From assembly GCA_034423175.1 (NCBI GenBank), contig DAOUJA010000057.1, forward strand, positions 2,800 to 66,799: DNA of 64,000 nt. The letters are read 5' to 3'. This document shows positions 61,498 to 64,000 of the stretch, one piece after another (position 1 is the first letter of the stretch; the number at the start of each line of letters is the position of its first letter). A program made the translations under genes and the position numbers. The stretch is from Dehalococcoidia bacterium (GTDB lineage Bacteria > Chloroflexota > Dehalococcoidia > Lucifugimonadales > Australimonadaceae). The notes under the pieces were generated by a model, which had not been told where the DNA came from, made no database searches, and saw only the letters and a program-made list of their open reading frames with translations.

Positions 61498-63318
61498 ATG
61501 TTGCCGGGACCCCGCATTCGACTGTGGAAGGCAACCCCTCCCCTGTCACTCCCGCCAACAGGAACCTTCGTCGTCGGTATCCTCATTCTGGTCCTGGGTT
61601 TCTACATCCTGGTCCCAGTCGTCCTGATCCTCATCAACAGTTTCAACGTAGCCAGTGTCGGGCAACCATCAGAGTGGTCGCTGGACAATTGGCGCTTCGC
61701 ATTCGCTGAACCTGCCGTGTTCGTCGCGTTGCGCAACACGTTCCTCATCTTCGGCCTCTATACGGTAATCAGCTTTCCGGTGGCCGTCGCCATCGCGTGG
61801 ACGCTTGCCCGTACGAACATCGCCTGGAGCCACGCGCTGGAGTTCGCCTTCTGGATCTCATTCATGATCCCGACCATCTCGGTCACCATCGGGTGGACGT
61901 TGCTCCTGGACCCCGGCATCGGATTCCTCAACAAGCTGGTGGAGATGCTGCCCCTGACGGACGCGCGGCCGTTCAATATCTACAGCATCGAGGGCATCAT
62001 CTGGGTCCACCTCATGGCCAACGCCACGTCCGGCAAGGTGATGCTGCTCACTCCGGCGTTCCGGAACATGAACCTCGCCATGGAGGAAGCGGCACGGGTA
62101 TCGGGCGCCACCAACCTCCGGACGGCGATGCGCGTGACCCTGCCCCTGATGACGCCTGCGATGGTCATCGTGTTCATGCTGCAGTTCGTGAGGATCTTCC
62201 AGTCGTTCGAAACCGAACAGATACTCGGCACTCCCATCGGGTTCTTCATCTACTCGACAAAGATCTACGAATTCGTGCGGTTCTTCAATCCTCCCGAGTA
62301 TGGAGCGGCGACGGCGCTCGCCAGCGTGACGCTGCTGCTGATCGCCGTGATCTACCCCACGCAACGGTGGCTGACCACCCGCCGGCAATACACAACGGTC
62401 AGCGGGCAGTTCAGGCCGGGGCTCATCGACCTCGGCCGGCTGAAGGTCCCGGTGTTCCTGGCGATACTGACAGTCGTCCTGCTCCTGACGGTTGTTCCGA
62501 TAGTAACCGTCGTGGTGGGAAGCTTCATGAACCGTGTCGGTTGGTTCAACGTCACACCGGTCTGGACGCTTGAACACTGGCAAGTCGTGCTCTCCGACCG
62601 TTTCTTCCTGAAGGCGCTGCGCACAACGCTCGTCTTGAGCGGGACAACGGCGATCGTGTCTCCGTTGATCTTCTCCATCGTCGCGTACATCATCGTGAGA
62701 ACGCCCTGGCGCGGGCGGGGCCTTCTGGAAACGATCCTCTGGACCTCCTCGGCGGTCCCGGGCATCCTTGCGGGACTCGGCCTGCTGTGGATGTTCCTTG
62801 GCACTCCATTCCTGGCGCCCATCTACGGGACCATCTTCGCCTTGTTGCTGGTCGTGACGCTGCAAGGGCAGCTGACGAGTACGCAACTCGTCAAGGCTGC
62901 GTTCCTCCAGATCGGGTCAGACATGGAGGAGGCCGCGCGTGTGTCCGGCGCCGGCTGGGTCCGCACCTACCTTCGCATCTGGCTGCCGTTGATCATGCCG
63001 ACGCTTGTGTTGATAGGGACTCTGAACTTCGTATTCGCCGCCGGCGCCACGGCCAGCATCATCCTGCTGGCAAGCCGGGACACCATCACCCTGGCGATCC
63101 TGGCGCTCGAGATGATGACGTACACGGACGGCAAGCTGTTGGAAGAAGCCGGGATAGTCAGCCTGTTCATCGTCGCCATGACGGTCGCAATGGCAGTGGT
63201 CGCCAGGACGGTTGGTCTCCGGATGAGCGTGAGCCACACCATGCGAGCCCAACAGGAAGCCGCACCCGGAGAGAGGGCCGGACTACCCGTCACCGGTGGA
63301 ACCCTGAACCGTCCGTAG
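61498..63318 (+). CDS. ABC transporter permease, two fused domains (paralog of 51333..53138)
   Basis: 606 aa. MEEAARVSGATNLRT and MEEAARVSGAGWVRT loops. FQSFETEQILGTPIGFFIYS is comparable to FQSFETELLLGVPIGFFVYS in the paralog. Confidence 0.8.
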   Translation: MLPGPRIRLWKATPPLSLPPTGTFVVGILILVLGFYILVPVVLILINSFNVASVGQPSEWSLDNWRFAFAEPAVFVALRNTFLIFGLYTVISFPVAVAIAWTLARTNIAWSHALEFAFWISFMIPTISVTIGWTLLLDPGIGFLNKLVEMLPLTDARPFNIYSIEGIIWVHLMANATSGKVMLLTPAFRNMNLAMEEAARVSGATNLRTAMRVTLPLMTPAMVIVFMLQFVRIFQSFETEQILGTPIGFFIYSTKIYEFVRFFNPPEYGAATALASVTLLLIAVIYPTQRWLTTRRQYTTVSGQFRPGLIDLGRLKVPVFLAILTVVLLLTVVPIVTVVVGSFMNRVGWFNVTPVWTLEHWQVVLSDRFFLKALRTTLVLSGTTAIVSPLIFSIVAYIIVRTPWRGRGLLETILWTSSAVPGILAGLGLLWMFLGTPFLAPIYGTIFALLLVVTLQGQLTSTQLVKAAFLQIGSDMEEAARVSGAGWVRTYLRIWLPLIMPTLVLIGTLNFVFAAGATASIILLASRDTITLAILALEMMTYTDGKLLEEAGIVSLFIVAMTVAMAVVARTVGLRMSVSHTMRAQQEAAPGERAGLPVTGGTLNRP

Positions 63319-63406
63319 GCAACGAAGCGCGGGCCCGCCCATTGACGGCGCGGCACGCACCTCCCTACCCTCACGCCCGCCAACCTACGCAACGGAGCGC
63401 GACGCC

Positions 63407-64000
63407 ATGACCACGCCCCCGACCGAACGTACCGTGACCGCGCATGGACTCGACCTGCACTACCTGGACTGGGGGAACCCGGGCGCGCAGCCCGTGCTAC
63501 TGCTGCACGGGCTGCAGGACTCGGCGGCGCTGTGGGGAACGTTCGCCGAGGCGATGCGCGATGAGTTCCACGTCGTGGCGCTCGACCATCGCGGCCACGG
63601 CGACAGCCCGCGCGCCGAGACGTACGCGCTCGCGGACTACATCGCAGAGACGCGCGACGTGATACGCAACCTGGGCCTGGAGGCGCCCGTGCTCATCGGG
63701 CATTCGGCGGGCAGCAAGAACGCGTGGATGTGCATCGCAGACAACCCCGGCATCGCCTGGAAGCTCGTCATCACCGACATGGACCCGGACTCCTACAACC
63801 CCGGCTCCGTCGCGATGATCTCGCGCTACAAGGACGAGACCGACTTCTACGCGGGCCGGCAGGCGGTCGTGGAGCGGCTGCGCTCGCGGCAGCCGAACGC
63901 GTCGGACGAGGAGCTGGAGCGCGACGTGGACGCGCTCGCGATCCGGCTGGACGACGGCCGGTATACGTGGAAGCGCAGCCGCGACGTGGTGACGAAGTAC
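63407..64000 (+). CDS. alpha/beta-fold hydrolase, 3' end off-window
   Basis: Not in the track because it is open at the window end. My translation from the ATG at 63407 reads MTTPPTERTVTAHGLDLHYLDWGNPGAQPVLLLHGLQDS...LDHRGHGDS...VLIGHSAGS (GxSxG nucleophile elbow). There is no stop through 64000. Confidence 0.75.
   Translation, partial: MTTPPTERTVTAHGLDLHYLDWGNPGAQPVLLLHGLQDSAALWGTFAEAMRDEFHVVALDHRGHGDSPRAETYALADYIAETRDVIRNLGLEAPVLIGHSAGSKNAWMCIADNPGIAWKLVITDMDPDSYNPGSVAMISRYKDETDFYAGRQAVVERLRSRQPNASDEELERDVDALAIRLDDGRYTWKRSRDVVTKY

Overview
High-GC, gene-dense bacterial chromosomal window with about 60 supportable genes. All calls rest on reading the ORF track and the sequence by eye, with no searches run. 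The source is possibly a Chloroflexota-like environmental genome. That is a weak inference from cytoplasmic RdhA-like genes, Pro/Thr-linker lipoproteins and abundant hairpin REP-like elements. Most of the window encodes soluble catabolic enzymes: 2-hydroxyacid dehydrogenase, a TPP enzyme, an amidohydrolase, two SDRs, a CoxSML-type molybdenum hydroxylase, a Rieske oxygenase, three paralogous bicupins, a sulfite-oxidase-like Mo enzyme and an amidase. There are also two paralogous ABC uptake loci (binding protein plus fused permease, no ATPase gene) and one tRNA-Thr(CGU). Between these lie many small toxin-antitoxin modules, some decayed: HEPN/MNT, RHH plus BrnT/BrnA, DUF4258/DUF2283, a ParE/RelE-like remnant and an AbiEi/AbiEii remnant. 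An orphan phage terminase module is also present. The stand-out is a minus-strand five-gene operon at 24.4-37.1 kb. It encodes a 2353-aa TgpA-like giant membrane protein, an ATGA-coupled 831-aa polytopic membrane protein, a MoxR AAA+ ATPase, a DUF58 protein and another membrane protein. The giant protein has two transglutaminase-like modules (the first has lost its catalytic Cys), a tandemly duplicated HEAT-repeat block, about 8 beta-sandwich repeats and a DUF4129-like tail. Other points worth a second look:
- At least three families of hairpin REP/BIME-like elements, including a mosaic inserted in-frame in the terminase gene.
- An RdhA operon with a truncated paralog and a ferredoxin-GlcG fusion.
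- A methyltransferase-AlkB pair in a lower-GC islet.
- A collagen-like lipoprotein.
Many long ORFs in the track are antisense or alternate-frame shadows typical of high-GC DNA and were rejected.
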